DNA from: a virus
Taxonomy: Duplodnaviria > Caudoviricetes
IMG/VR virus record: IMGVR_UViG_3300027286_000002
Strand: one strand, 5' to 3'
Length of the DNA: 64,000 nt
Position numbers and translations under genes: made by a program
Notes under the pieces: model-generated
What the model saw: the letters and a program-made list of their open reading frames with translations, nothing else
Told to the model about the DNA's origin: nothing
The model's database searches: none
Shown: in pieces, positions 29,629 to 39,956 of the stretch
Numbering within the stretch: position 1 is the stretch's first letter
Layout of the letters: every line of letters begins with the position of its first letter

Positions 29629-31065
29629 TATATGTTTTATTTACTCATACTTATACATTTTGTCATTTTCATTTCAACATCTTATGCACAGGATGTTCAA
29701 AATTTCTCTTTGGCGAATGATAAATTTAAATACTTTAGTGTAGATCATGCAGATGTCTTAGAAAAAGGCGAACTCAATCTTAACAACTCTTTAAGCTATG
29801 GAAAAAATCCTTTAATCCTAACCAATCCTAAAGAATACCTTGTAGACCAAATCACAACTTACCAAATAGCAGGTGCTTATGGCATCTTGAATAATAAGTT
29901 TCAACTAAACTTTGATTTTGGTTATGGTTTTACTACAGGTAGAAAGCCTGCCTCTTTAGACAGTGGATCAGGTTTTAATAACTTTAAGATTGCATCTAAA
30001 GTGAAAATCTATGATCAAAATAAACTTAAAGTTTCTTTACTTATGCCTATTGCTATTCCTTTAAAAGATAGCAAATCACTTGGATCAAGTTCTTTTCTTA
30101 TTTCATTTAAAGGTATCGCAAGCTATCAAATCACACCTGTCTTAAATGTTTCCCTTAATCTAGGTTATCGCTATCGTTTAAATAAATCTAATGACTACTC
30201 GCTGGATGATGCTATTCTTTATGGTCTAGGCTCTCAATATAAAATACTAGATGATTTTAGTATTAAAGCTGAAGTCTTTGGCAGGTACTTTTTTGTTGAT
30301 AGTATTAATCCTTTAGAGTTTTTACTTGGTGCGAAAAGAAATGAAAAAACATGGTTTGTAGAACTTGCTATTGGTAGAGGCATCACATCTGATTACTCAT
30401 CTGTCAGTTTTAGATTTCTTTTTAACTTTGGTCTTATTTATGGTTTAGATACAGATAAAGATGGTTTGCCTGATTCAGTAGACCAATGTCCAAATCACTC
30501 AGAAGATAAAGATGAACATTTAGATGAAGATGGTTGTCCTGATACAGATAATGATAAAGATGGCATTTTAGATAATGCAGATAAATGTCTAAATGATGCA
30601 GAAGATAAAGATAACTTTGAAGATCAAGATGGCTGTCCTGATTTAGATAATGACAAAGATAATTTAGCTGATGCTTTAGATCAATGTCCTTATTCATCTG
30701 AAATCATAAATGGTATAGAAGATCATGATGGTTGTCCTGATGGTGTAGCAAAGACAATAGAAACTTTAGAAATGAAGAATGAGATTTATTTTGAAAAAGG
30801 TACATCTGTGATTATGCCAATGAGTTATCCATTTGTATATGATTTAGCACAAGTGATAAACAAAAACGAGGCAATTACTGAAATTGTTATAGAATCCACA
30901 AGTGAAAATATTCAAATGTCATTTGATCGTGGTGAAGCAGTAAAGAAAGCATTAAAGAGTTTAAATGTGAAAGCGAATATAGTAGTTAAAGGTGTTCAAG
31001 GTACAGAAGAGAAATTTGAATTTAAAGTAGTATTGGTTTCAAAGGTATTACTTCTTAGTCCCTAG
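29629..31065 (+). CDS. OmpA-family outer-membrane protein with thrombospondin type-3-like repeats
   Basis: Signal peptide, beta-barrel-like alternating pattern, repeated DxDxDGxPDxxDxCP...EDxDxxxDxDGCPD, degenerate OmpA C-domain (IYFEKG). Confidence 0.75.
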   Translation, partial: YMFYLLILIHFVIFISTSYAQDVQNFSLANDKFKYFSVDHADVLEKGELNLNNSLSYGKNPLILTNPKEYLVDQITTYQIAGAYGILNNKFQLNFDFGYGFTTGRKPASLDSGSGFNNFKIASKVKIYDQNKLKVSLLMPIAIPLKDSKSLGSSSFLISFKGIASYQITPVLNVSLNLGYRYRLNKSNDYSLDDAILYGLGSQYKILDDFSIKAEVFGRYFFVDSINPLEFLLGAKRNEKTWFVELAIGRGITSDYSSVSFRFLFNFGLIYGLDTDKDGLPDSVDQCPNHSEDKDEHLDEDGCPDTDNDKDGILDNADKCLNDAEDKDNFEDQDGCPDLDNDKDNLADALDQCPYSSEIINGIEDHDGCPDGVAKTIETLEMKNEIYFEKGTSVIMPMSYPFVYDLAQVINKNEAITEIVIESTSENIQMSFDRGEAVKKALKSLNVKANIVVKGVQGTEEKFEFKVVLVSKVLLLSP

Positions 31066-32343
31066 TGCTTTTTCAATAAATACCATTGGATCAAATTTTA
31101 AAGTTTGCTTTTTATTTAAGACAATATCTTCTAGTTTATCTGCCACTTCACCTGTCGCAAGGAATGACAATAAGACCTGTGGATTGATATAGGAATTGAT
31201 AGTAGTGTTTTTACTTTCATGATTTAATGCTTTCTCTGATTCTTCAAATGCACCTTTAACCATAGATAAAACCTTATCTACAATTTCTTCTCTTGTGCTT
31301 TCTAATTCCAGATCTTCTAGCTTTTGTATTTCATCATATAGCTTATCTTCCCTTTTCTTTAAACTGTCTAGCAAGACTTGAGATGCTTTTAATTTTCTAA
31401 AGTCAGTTAGGTTTAAGATTTGACCAGATGCTTGTCTTAAATACTTGGATAAAACATCATTTGGGATAACAGAACCATCTTCTTTTAAAGTAGTACCACC
31501 AATCTCTTTAAGAACTTTAATAAGATTAGGATCATTAACAACAGCTTTATTGATAGTGCCTTTCTTTCCTCTAAATTTAAGTTCTACTCTATTCCTGCTA
31601 AGAAACTTAATATGTCCTTCTTCTAAAGTAGATGCACCATAGGTTTCCTCTAAATCTTTACTTTCAAGGTTGCCGGGACGGATGCCTGTTTCTAGCATTA
31701 AAGAAATAATGACAGCACATAGCTTTTTATCTTCATCTTTAGATTTAAGATCTTTGGATAATTGTTTTTTCAAATCGTCTATGCAGTTTAATAATTTCTT
31801 TTGTCTGTCCATCTTAGCTTTCATGTCATTGATTTGCTCTGCATAGACAGTTTTCATTTCTTTGATTTTGCCATTTTCACCAACATTAACAACAAGACTT
31901 TTAGGCAGGTATGTTAAGAAAGATTTAGGTATAATCTCTGTAAGTTCTTTTCTTTCCCTTTGTAAAACTTTCTTTTTCATGCCATTAATAACTTTATTCT
32001 TAATGTTATCTTCCCATACATCATCTACATCACTACCTTTAAGAACTTCAACAATACCATTGATTAAACTTTTAGGTGTCATGTTATGTCTATCTAGGAA
32101 TAATTGAATGGCATCAGCTTTATCGTCTTTAAGTGCTTGTTTAATTTCTAGGTAAAATGATTCTTGATCTTGTTTAACTGCATTCCAAAGACCTTTTAAA
32201 GATCCTTTACCTTTGGTTAAACCTGTAGCAGATGAAAGTAATGCTTTAAAATCTTTTTTACCTTCTGTGCATTTTCTACTTTGTCTTCTTTTTTGTTTAA
32301 GAAGTTCTGCATCTTTATCTTCATCAGCATATCTTGAAAACAT
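31048..32343 (-). CDS. Type IB DNA topoisomerase-like protein (paralogue 1)
   Basis: Candidate catalytic pentad: IRPGN, GKKG, DFRK, ALNH, NSYIN. Confidence 0.75.
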   Translation of the reverse strand: MFSRYADEDKDAELLKQKRRQSRKCTEGKKDFKALLSSATGLTKGKGSLKGLWNAVKQDQESFYLEIKQALKDDKADAIQLFLDRHNMTPKSLINGIVEVLKGSDVDDVWEDNIKNKVINGMKKKVLQRERKELTEIIPKSFLTYLPKSLVVNVGENGKIKEMKTVYAEQINDMKAKMDRQKKLLNCIDDLKKQLSKDLKSKDEDKKLCAVIISLMLETGIRPGNLESKDLEETYGASTLEEGHIKFLSRNRVELKFRGKKGTINKAVVNDPNLIKVLKEIGGTTLKEDGSVIPNDVLSKYLRQASGQILNLTDFRKLKASQVLLDSLKKREDKLYDEIQKLEDLELESTREEIVDKVLSMVKGAFEESEKALNHESKNTTINSYINPQVLLSFLATGEVADKLEDIVLNKKQTLKFDPMVFIEKALGTKK

Positions 32344-32355
32344 TTTTATTACCTT

Positions 32356-34083
32356 TTAACCATTAGCAATAGCTTGTTCTAATAAAATTTGTGGATCAAA
32401 TCTTAAAGTAGTTTGACCACTAACAACAATATCATCTAGCTTATCTGCCATTTTACCTGTGGATAAGAAAGAAAGCAAGACTTGAGGATTGATATAAGAA
32501 TTGATGGTAGTGTCTGCACTGCCATATAAATGTTGATGGTTTAAAGCAATACTAGCATCCAAATATGCTTTACTTACAGCATCTAATGTTAAACTAATAA
32601 TTTGATCTTTTACATCCGTGACTTTAGCTTTATGTAATTCTACAATTTTCTTATATATTTCTTTTTGACTAGCTTTAAGACTATCTAAAACTGTTTGACT
32701 AGCTTTAAGTTTTCTAAAGTCAGTAAGTTTAATAGCAAAACCTGCAATGCCTACTAAATATTCTGTGAGTTTTGCTTGTGTAAATAAAGCACCACTATCA
32801 TTTTCAAAAACATATTTATTTTCGCCTGTGCTTTCTATAATCTTTTCAAGAATTTTCACAAGCTGTGGATTGGTAATCTGTGCGATATTTAAAGATCCTT
32901 TTTTCCCAATAAAATTTAATTCAAGACCACCATCTCTTAGTTTTTTAAAATGTTGCTTTAATAATGTAGATGCACCATAGGTTTGAACTTTCTCTAATTC
33001 ATTTCCTTCTTCATCTATTTCATCAGTAGGCACACCCATACCTTCATTGCCCGGGCGAATACCTGTTTCTAACATAATGGATATAATCAATCCCATAATT
33101 TTCTTATTATGGTTTGATCCTGCTATGTCTTTATCTAATGCTGATCTAATTCTACTATATGCAAGTAATAACTTCTTTTGTCTTTCTATCTTTGCTTCCA
33201 TATCATTCATTTTTTCAGCAAACATAGTCTTAATACCTGTGATCTTTTTATTGTTATCTACCTGCACAATCAGTGTATCAGGCAAAAACTTTAAAAAACT
33301 TTCAGGTATTGTTTCTATTAAAGTTTGTCTTTCTGTATCTAGCTTTTGTACTTTATATGATGATTTTAAACCATTTTGAATCCTTGTCCATACATCATCT
33401 AAATTGGTTGAACTCACCATAAAGTAATCTCTAATTGCATAATAAAAAGCTACAGGTGCATCACCAGCAAAATACTTTTCTACAAATAGCTTTACTTGAC
33501 TACTATTTTCACCTGCTAGGTCTTTTATTCTTTTCACAAATAAAACTTTGTTTTTACCTACTGCATTCCATATATCTTCAAATTTACCTGCTTCACCATA
33601 TACATTTCTAAACAAAGATCTAAAATCTTTTTTTCCTTGCTCTAAATGCTTCTCTTGTTGTTTCTTTTCCTGTTCTACTCTTTTTGCTTTATCTTCTCTT
33701 AAAGTATCTTTAATCGGTGGATATGATTCAAGATAGAGTACTTTTAATAAAGTTTCTTTCTCTGCCATCAATTGTTCTATATTGCCACCTGCAAAATACT
33801 TATCTCTTATCATATATGCAAAAGTATTCGTTCTTGAATCCTTGTTATCTTTATTAGTGCCTGTGTATTTACTAATAAATGCTTTAAATGCTTTATTCGT
33901 CAATATCCGTGCTTTATATTCTCTTGCTGTTTCACTTTTTTTAGGTGGCAAACCATCTGCTACTGCTTTCAATTCATCTGTAGCATTACTCTTATATTCT
34001 GTTAAAGATATTGACGATGTACTACCTGTCTTGACAAATGCTAATGCTTTCTTAAGCCAATAATTAAAATCTTTTCTTAACAT
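32356..34083 (-). CDS. Type IB DNA topoisomerase-like protein (paralogue 2, longer N-terminus)
   Basis: IRPGN, FIGKKG, DFRK, ALNH, NSYINP. Confidence 0.75.
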   Translation of the reverse strand: MLRKDFNYWLKKALAFVKTGSTSSISLTEYKSNATDELKAVADGLPPKKSETAREYKARILTNKAFKAFISKYTGTNKDNKDSRTNTFAYMIRDKYFAGGNIEQLMAEKETLLKVLYLESYPPIKDTLREDKAKRVEQEKKQQEKHLEQGKKDFRSLFRNVYGEAGKFEDIWNAVGKNKVLFVKRIKDLAGENSSQVKLFVEKYFAGDAPVAFYYAIRDYFMVSSTNLDDVWTRIQNGLKSSYKVQKLDTERQTLIETIPESFLKFLPDTLIVQVDNNKKITGIKTMFAEKMNDMEAKIERQKKLLLAYSRIRSALDKDIAGSNHNKKIMGLIISIMLETGIRPGNEGMGVPTDEIDEEGNELEKVQTYGASTLLKQHFKKLRDGGLELNFIGKKGSLNIAQITNPQLVKILEKIIESTGENKYVFENDSGALFTQAKLTEYLVGIAGFAIKLTDFRKLKASQTVLDSLKASQKEIYKKIVELHKAKVTDVKDQIISLTLDAVSKAYLDASIALNHQHLYGSADTTINSYINPQVLLSFLSTGKMADKLDDIVVSGQTTLRFDPQILLEQAIANG

Positions 34084-34132
34084 CCTTATATGCTCCTTAT
34101 TCTTAATTTAAAGAAAGCATATAAATTATTTA

Positions 34133-34420
34133 TTAAGGCATCTTGCCTGTGTTTATATACCTAAGCACACCTTTACATTCACTATATTTACTAGCTGATT
34201 CAATTGCCTGCTCTATCATCCATTGATGAAAATCAGGATCACTTTCCTGTCTTGCCTGTTCAATCCATTCTGCCATCCTGTCATTATGGTATTTCATTTC
34301 CATAATCAAGTGATGTAATTTCTCTTCTTTAATTTTATCTTTGTCTACACTTTCCACTCTAAGGTAAATAAGATAACCAAGATTTAAGAAGAGTAAAAAC
34401 GATAAAGTAAAATACTTCAT
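34133..34420 (-). CDS. Small protein with N-terminal TM/signal segment
   Basis: Hydrophobic N-terminus. Confidence 0.5.
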   Translation of the reverse strand: MKYFTLSFLLFLNLGYLIYLRVESVDKDKIKEEKLHHLIMEMKYHNDRMAEWIEQARQESDPDFHQWMIEQAIESASKYSECKGVLRYINTGKMP

Positions 34421-34461
34421 TTAAAAAACCTTTCTTTTGTATGCTATTCTTATAAGAATAG

Positions 34462-34560
34462 AAACCATAGTTTCATTTTCAAGGTCAATTTTTCAGTGCA
34501 TTTTCAATATGGCTATTTTGACTGCAAAGAAACCTTTTGGAAATTTAATACAGCATTTCT
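34462..34560. repeat. Dispersed ~99-bp non-coding element, copy A
   Basis: Gapless colinear match to 49193-49291. Confidence 0.75.
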
Positions 34561-34577
34561 AGGATAAAGAACTTTTT

Positions 34578-35129
34578 ATGACAAAAGAAGATTTAATAAA
34601 ATTATTAAATGAACATGGCAAAGCTAAAACCATATCTACAATCACAGGCTTGTCTTTAACTCAAATTTATAAATACATGAAACGATATGACATCAAATTG
34701 CCAAGTAAACAAATACCTAAAGAAAAACTACTTGAGATGTATCAAAATTTAAGTAGCAGGCAAATTGCTAAAGAACTTGATACATCTCATCAAACGATTG
34801 TGAATTGGCTGGATAAATACGAAATACAAAAAAAAGATCGTGGAATGCCTGCACACAAAAACAAATATCAGATCAGTAAAGACTTATTAAGTGTTTATGT
34901 AAAAGAACACAGATCATTAAATCAGATCAGTAAACATAGCAATATACCTTTAAGAGTAGTAAAGACTTTAATGCAGGAATATGGACTAAGTAAAATTGTA
35001 ATCGATAAAGCATATTTAGAAAGAGAATTTATATGTAATCAGAAATCAGTAAAGCAAATTGCAGATGAATGTAAAGTTTGTGATAAGACCATTTATTTCT
35101 ATCTTAAGAAATTTGATGTAAAGAATTAA
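34578..35129 (+). CDS. Tandem multi-HTH protein
   Basis: Repeats of the form LY...S.RQIAKEL..S...I..WL.KY.I. Confidence 0.65.
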   Translation: MTKEDLIKLLNEHGKAKTISTITGLSLTQIYKYMKRYDIKLPSKQIPKEKLLEMYQNLSSRQIAKELDTSHQTIVNWLDKYEIQKKDRGMPAHKNKYQISKDLLSVYVKEHRSLNQISKHSNIPLRVVKTLMQEYGLSKIVIDKAYLEREFICNQKSVKQIADECKVCDKTIYFYLKKFDVKN

Positions 35130-35704
35130 TCTAATGCAATTGGGATATAGGTATCAGTGAGTGCAAGATAACCATGTTTGTTTAAAAGATACTCTTCTAA
35201 AAGAAAGAAAATATCACTATCATCATTTGTATCACAATCATAAACTTCATCATCATTTTCAGGATTGACTACTAATTTAATGGTATCTACAATGTTTTCT
35301 ACCATGACAGGTGGAAGTTGGTTTTCTAAATCATGAAAAGGTAAAACTTCATGATTGACAAATGAATTTACATTTTTGATTTCTTTAAGAACATTCTTAT
35401 GTGGATACTTATCCAACCAAAAAGTAGTTTTAATAGTTTTATCAATGGTATCATCAAAAGTTTTGAGTAGGTAAATATCTTCTGTATTGAAAGTCCATAC
35501 AGTTTCTTTATTGCCTACTGAAAAATCACCATTAGAGTCTTGCTCAAAATTTTGCATGATGAAAGTGATGTCATCACCTTCAATAGATACAAGACTAAAC
35601 AAATTGTTAAAAGTCAATGCTGTTAACATATCATCTTGATTAACAAGTACAAGTGCAGATCCTGCTAATAAACTTTCGAGAAAGTATTCTTTTTTACTTT
35701 GCAT
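35126..35704 (-). CDS. Hypothetical protein
   Basis: Coupled ORF. Confidence 0.55.
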   Translation of the reverse strand: MQSKKEYFLESLLAGSALVLVNQDDMLTALTFNNLFSLVSIEGDDITFIMQNFEQDSNGDFSVGNKETVWTFNTEDIYLLKTFDDTIDKTIKTTFWLDKYPHKNVLKEIKNVNSFVNHEVLPFHDLENQLPPVMVENIVDTIKLVVNPENDDEVYDCDTNDDSDIFFLLEEYLLNKHGYLALTDTYIPIALD

Positions 35705-36174
35705 TAGTTTTTTCCTTTTCTAATTGCAGTGAAAAATTGTTTGACATTGAAATCTAAACCTTTGATGTCTAATTTAGAACTGAAATCTAAATAGATCATC
35801 AACAAATCGCAATATGCTGGATGTTCTACATACTCACTTGTTTGGTTGAAACTATAAAGTGAATCTCTAAAATTTGTTTTTTCTTCTGCATTTAAAGACA
35901 GTAGATGTGGTGCAACAAATTTATGAAATCCACTAAAAAAGAACACTACATCTTCTAAACGATCTGTTCCTTTTTCTACAAGTGTTGCTATTTCTTTTGG
36001 TGCTGTGTCTAAACACATTTTACCTTCAAAATAAAAACAATACATTGCAGGGATTTGAATTGGTCGACCACCAAATGTTGTGTGAATGATGCCATTCTCA
36101 TTTATTTCTAATGGTCTATCTGTTACAAGTCTTAAAATGCCATATGGTGGCATATTGAAATAATAAAGGTTCAT
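35704..36174 (-). CDS. Hypothetical protein (probable early gene)
   Basis: Promoter motif plus AAAGGA SD. Confidence 0.55.
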   Translation of the reverse strand: MNLYYFNMPPYGILRLVTDRPLEINENGIIHTTFGGRPIQIPAMYCFYFEGKMCLDTAPKEIATLVEKGTDRLEDVVFFFSGFHKFVAPHLLSLNAEEKTNFRDSLYSFNQTSEYVEHPAYCDLLMIYLDFSSKLDIKGLDFNVKQFFTAIRKGKN

Positions 36175-36205
36175 TTGCTTTTCCTTTGTTGAAGTCATAA
36201 GCATA

Positions 36206-36235
36206 AACACTTTGATTTTAATTTTATTGCAAGTT
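36206..36235 (-). promoter_or_regulatory. Putative early promoter
   Basis: AACTTGCAA-N14-AAGTGTT. Confidence 0.75.
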
Positions 36236-36240
36236 CATAT

Positions 36241-36825
36241 TTATTTTTTTACAATTACACTAAAGGTATATTTCCCATCTTTGTGATTTAAAACAATCTC
36301 TTCTAATTCATTCGTTGAGATGATGTCCAATAACTGCATTGTTACTGCATTAAACACTTTGTTTTTTAAAGTTGTATTTTCTTCCTGTAGCTTTTTAGCT
36401 TTCTCTACATTGATTTGGGATAACTTCTTAAAAACCTCAAATTCTTCTTCTTTATCTTTGAGCTTCTTTTCTAGTTCTTCTATCTTTGTTGTCAATGGCT
36501 TACTGATTTCTTTATTATAATCAGTAAACATACCATCCCACCTATGAAACAAATCACCTAACTTTGTCATAGGCATATATGCAGGTGTAGACACTTTCTT
36601 TACAATATTTTCATCAAATGAAAATCCCTGTCTTAAAAGTTCAATCACTTTCTTTTGACCTTCAGGATTATTTTCAAGAATAATCTTTTTAAGGTTGCCT
36701 GCACTATTATATAAGTATGCCACCTTGTTTGGCACTTTATATCCTGATTGTAATTTCGCAAGTATCTCTTGAGGCAATACTCTTTCTTTCATGCCTTTAA
36801 GATTTATTAAAGTTTTTCGTTGCAT
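36241..36825 (-). CDS. Hypothetical coiled-coil protein
   Basis: Probable start MQRK after AAAGGA. Confidence 0.55.
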   Translation of the reverse strand: MQRKTLINLKGMKERVLPQEILAKLQSGYKVPNKVAYLYNSAGNLKKIILENNPEGQKKVIELLRQGFSFDENIVKKVSTPAYMPMTKLGDLFHRWDGMFTDYNKEISKPLTTKIEELEKKLKDKEEEFEVFKKLSQINVEKAKKLQEENTTLKNKVFNAVTMQLLDIISTNELEEIVLNHKDGKYTFSVIVKK

Positions 36826-36938
36826 CTCTTTTTCCTTTTTTGAGAAGTTCAAAACTCTTATATTTTTTTTCATCAAACTTACAATCTTTTTTCATCCTTT
36901 AGTGTTTCTATCTAAACACCAAACCAAAGGATTAAAAA

Positions 36939-37247
36939 ATGTTAAATATCATCTCTGCACTTCAAAACAAAGACTTAACCATCACCATGTCCACTGATGT
37001 AGAAAACACAGGCATCATTTCTTTTAAAGAGATTTATCTTGATTTCTATCTTACACCTTCCCATTTTACTCTTGTTGAGTTCTTTTATGATCATTCTGTA
37101 GATTTCTATAATGAAGTAGAAATCTTATCTCTTGATACTGCAATGGATATCGACCTTCTTTCTGAACAAGTGAAAAACATTTTTCTTATTAGAGATTATG
37201 AGAAAACTGCATTTAATATTTATATGAGTGATCTTAGGAATTATTAA
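36939..37247 (+). CDS. Hypothetical protein
   Basis: Variant promoter motif; AAAGGA SD. Confidence 0.55.
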   Translation: MLNIISALQNKDLTITMSTDVENTGIISFKEIYLDFYLTPSHFTLVEFFYDHSVDFYNEVEILSLDTAMDIDLLSEQVKNIFLIRDYEKTAFNIYMSDLRNY

Positions 37248-37286
37248 AACTTATAATATAAGTCCTTTCAAAAAAAAGGACTTGAA

Positions 37287-38399
37287 ATGAATAAAACTCT
37301 ACTCTTAAAACTCTATCTTGAAAAACCTGCCACTGATATTGCCAAAGAACATAATCTTAAACCTGTTCAAATTCAAAAACTCTTAAGACTTTATAATATA
37401 CCTAAACCTTATCGTAATAAAGATGGCAAAGCACTTGATGTAAATCACATCCTTGATCTCTACCATAACCAAAAGAAATCTATTAAAGAAATCAGCTCTA
37501 TGCTCAACTCTACTTTAGATATGATCACTAATCTCTTATATGACAGAACACCTACACCTAAACCTACCTGCGACCAGCTTAAAGCCTGCTTAAACCTTTC
37601 CAAAAGACAAATTGCTCTCAAATTCAATCTTAAAGAATATGATGTGCATAGACTATTACTTGAATATAAACTTAGCTACAATCCTTTTAACCTGTCTAAA
37701 GAAGAATTACAGAAAGAATACCAATCACAAACCATTTCACAGATAGCTAAAAAATATCATGTAGATGCTATCTATGTTTCTGTTAAACTTAAAGAATATG
37801 GCATCCTTAATGAAATCAATATAGAAGAACTTAAAAGACTTTATTGTGATGAAAGAAAAACCATTAAAGAAATCATTTATTTGTTAAATTCATCTGAAAC
37901 TACTTTGTGGCGACTTATTAAAAAACATAAACTGCAAAGACCTTTCAATCCTAATCCACATGAATTTTTTAAGCTGTGGCATGACAAGACCAAAACAGTA
38001 GATGAGAATATACGATATATGGCAGAATATTATAAAGTGTCTATAGGTATTATTCGCTTGACTGCTAGAAAATTAAATATCAGTAAAAAGACCACACCTA
38101 TCAAAATTAAATATACACAAGAGCAATTACAGGAACTTTATGACAAGCATGACTTATTTGGTTTATCTGTTATTCTTAAAATGAATGTTGCTAATGTAAA
38201 ACGAGCATTAGTAAGACATGGCATCACTATTAAAAAGCCACCTGTTAAACCAATGGATTTAGATCGGATTACACAGCTATATAAGACAAAATATTTAGAT
38301 TTAAAAAACTTGTATGCTATTCAAGAAATTGCAAAAGAACTAGATGTTGCACCTACAACACTTCACAGGTTTATTCGTTCACATAAAATTACAAGATAG
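37287..38399 (+). CDS. Tandem multi-HTH protein
   Basis: About 7 HTH-like repeats; paralogue of 40012-41154. Confidence 0.65.
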   Translation: MNKTLLLKLYLEKPATDIAKEHNLKPVQIQKLLRLYNIPKPYRNKDGKALDVNHILDLYHNQKKSIKEISSMLNSTLDMITNLLYDRTPTPKPTCDQLKACLNLSKRQIALKFNLKEYDVHRLLLEYKLSYNPFNLSKEELQKEYQSQTISQIAKKYHVDAIYVSVKLKEYGILNEINIEELKRLYCDERKTIKEIIYLLNSSETTLWRLIKKHKLQRPFNPNPHEFFKLWHDKTKTVDENIRYMAEYYKVSIGIIRLTARKLNISKKTTPIKIKYTQEQLQELYDKHDLFGLSVILKMNVANVKRALVRHGITIKKPPVKPMDLDRITQLYKTKYLDLKNLYAIQEIAKELDVAPTTLHRFIRSHKITR

Positions 38400-38672
38400 T
38401 TCGTATGCTATTTTTTTCAAATCCTTTGGTTGCTGGTATTTTTTGTTTTGCATGATTTGTTGATTATCTTTATACTGATAAAGACCAATTTCTGTATGAC
38501 TATCAAATTTTTCCAAAACCAACTTATATTGACTACTACCTTTTTCAAAGGCTACAAAAAAGAAGTCTTGTTTTGGATTAGTCCAAACATCATGTAATGC
38601 AATGCAGTGATTTACTGCTAAAATCTCAAGTGCAAGTTTACTCATTGGATGAGTTTTATTTAAGTATGCCAT
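38379..38672 (-). CDS. Hypothetical protein (probable early gene)
   Basis: Promoter motif upstream. Confidence 0.5.
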   Translation of the reverse strand: MAYLNKTHPMSKLALEILAVNHCIALHDVWTNPKQDFFFVAFEKGSSQYKLVLEKFDSHTEIGLYQYKDNQQIMQNKKYQQPKDLKKIAYELSCNFM

Positions 38673-38711
38673 ATTCGTTTTTCCTTTTTCATCAGTATTG
38701 GCAAATGATAA

Positions 38712-38741
38712 AACACATAAGATAAACTTTTATTGCAAGTT
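38712..38741 (-). promoter_or_regulatory. Putative early promoter (overlaps a divergent variant copy at 38737-38767)
   Basis: AACTTGCAA-N14-ATGTGTT. Confidence 0.7.
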
Positions 38742-38812
38742 GCAATTTATTTTTATTGATAAATGTTTAGCTAATATCTGTAATTTCAAACTCTTTAAAA
38801 AGGAAAAACATC

Positions 38813-39031
38813 ATGTTAGAAATGCTTATTGACTACACAGACCACTTATCATTCATGGTAGATGAAACCTACTTAGATTTTCCCAACCACATGATTGCAT
38901 TTGAAGAAGATCTTTATGGCAATCTTTATCTTATTCAAAAGGATTGGATCTTTAGCAAAACACCTGTAGAATTTGAAGAAGCAGTAGAAATTGTTAAGAA
39001 CTTGCCTGAACCTATTTATTATCTAGATTAG
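38813..39031 (+). CDS. Small acidic hypothetical protein
   Basis: AAAGGA SD. Confidence 0.55.
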   Translation: MLEMLIDYTDHLSFMVDETYLDFPNHMIAFEEDLYGNLYLIQKDWIFSKTPVEFEEAVEIVKNLPEPIYYLD

Positions 39032-39248
39032 GTGCAAGGTAAAGATCACTTGAATTCTGCCACTCTGATTTATGTAAAGATTTAGCTATACTTAAAGATA
39101 GTGAACATCTAAAATATTCAGGATATACATAAAAACCTCTTGTACCACCATCTAATCTACAAGACCTTGAACTTATAGAAGACAAAGCAAATTTAAAAGT
39201 CTTAGAATTTAAAACTTCATCTGATGATATTTCTAACCAATAGATCAT
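39012..39248 (-). CDS. Putative stand-alone MTase target-recognition module C4
   Basis: IYWLEISSDEV...GFYVYPEYFRCSLSLSIAKSLHKSEWQNSSDLYLAP. Confidence 0.6.
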   Translation of the reverse strand: MIYWLEISSDEVLNSKTFKFALSSISSRSCRLDGGTRGFYVYPEYFRCSLSLSIAKSLHKSEWQNSSDLYLAPNLDNK

Positions 39249-39249
39249 T

Positions 39250-39489
39250 TTATATTTCACCACACTTTCCTATATACCTATCTGAATTATTTATCCAAGT
39301 AGGTTTAGACAACACTCTAGCACCAAATAAAGCAATTGCTAGTCTAAAGTTATCTGTGTATAGGTAATGTCCTATTCCTTTTATTGCCAGCTGTTTTGTT
39401 GGTGAGGTGGATGATGTTATATAAACACCTTGTAATGTATGACATACATCATTACTGTCATTGCTAAAGAAACCATAATGACTACTCAT
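39250..39489 (-). CDS. Putative stand-alone MTase target-recognition module C3
   Basis: HYGFF...NDV...GHYLYTDNFRLAIALFGARVLSKPTWINNSDRYIG. Confidence 0.65.
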   Translation of the reverse strand: MSSHYGFFSNDSNDVCHTLQGVYITSSTSPTKQLAIKGIGHYLYTDNFRLAIALFGARVLSKPTWINNSDRYIGKCGEI

Positions 39490-39719
39490 TTATCTTTTCC
39501 TATATACCTATCTTGATCGTTTATCCAATTATGTTTGGATAAAACCCTTGCACTATATAAAGCAATACAATGCCTTATGTTGCTTTGGTGTATATATGTT
39601 CCCATTCCTTTAATATCTCTGATAGTACCTGCTGTTGTAGATGATGCTAGATAAACAAGTTGACCAGAAAACTGTACATTATTTCCATATGATGCAAGGA
39701 AGCCATAGTGATTACTCAT
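39486..39719 (-). CDS. Putative stand-alone MTase target-recognition module C2
   Basis: HYGFL...NNV...GTYIHQSNIRHCIALYSARVLSKHNWINDQDRYIG. Confidence 0.65.
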   Translation of the reverse strand: MSNHYGFLASYGNNVQFSGQLVYLASSTTAGTIRDIKGMGTYIHQSNIRHCIALYSARVLSKHNWINDQDRYIGKDK

Positions 39720-39956
39720 TTATATTTCTTTTCCTATGTAAACATCATTGTTATTTAACCCTGATCTCTTAATAAGAGATCTTGCACCAAACAGTCCTAT
39801 GGACAACCTAAAGTTATCTTTATACATATATGTACCAAAACCTTTAATATCTTTAGTAGTGGCTGGTGAAGTAGATGATGTTAGATACGCCCCAGATGCA
39901 GAATGACATACATCATTACATCCATTGTGAAAAAAACCATAAGGTGTTTTAGTCAT
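39720..39956 (-). CDS. Putative stand-alone MTase target-recognition module C1
   Basis: PYGFF...NDV...GTYMYKDNFRLSIGLFGARSLIKRSGLNNNDVYIG. Confidence 0.65.
   Translation of the reverse strand: MTKTPYGFFHNGCNDVCHSASGAYLTSSTSPATTKDIKGFGTYMYKDNFRLSIGLFGARSLIKRSGLNNNDVYIGKEI

Noticed and set aside
31048-34083. Integrase or protelomerase assignment
   Set aside because: Motif context (IRPGN, GKKG, DFRK, YINP) fits TopIB better; no att or telomere palindrome seen
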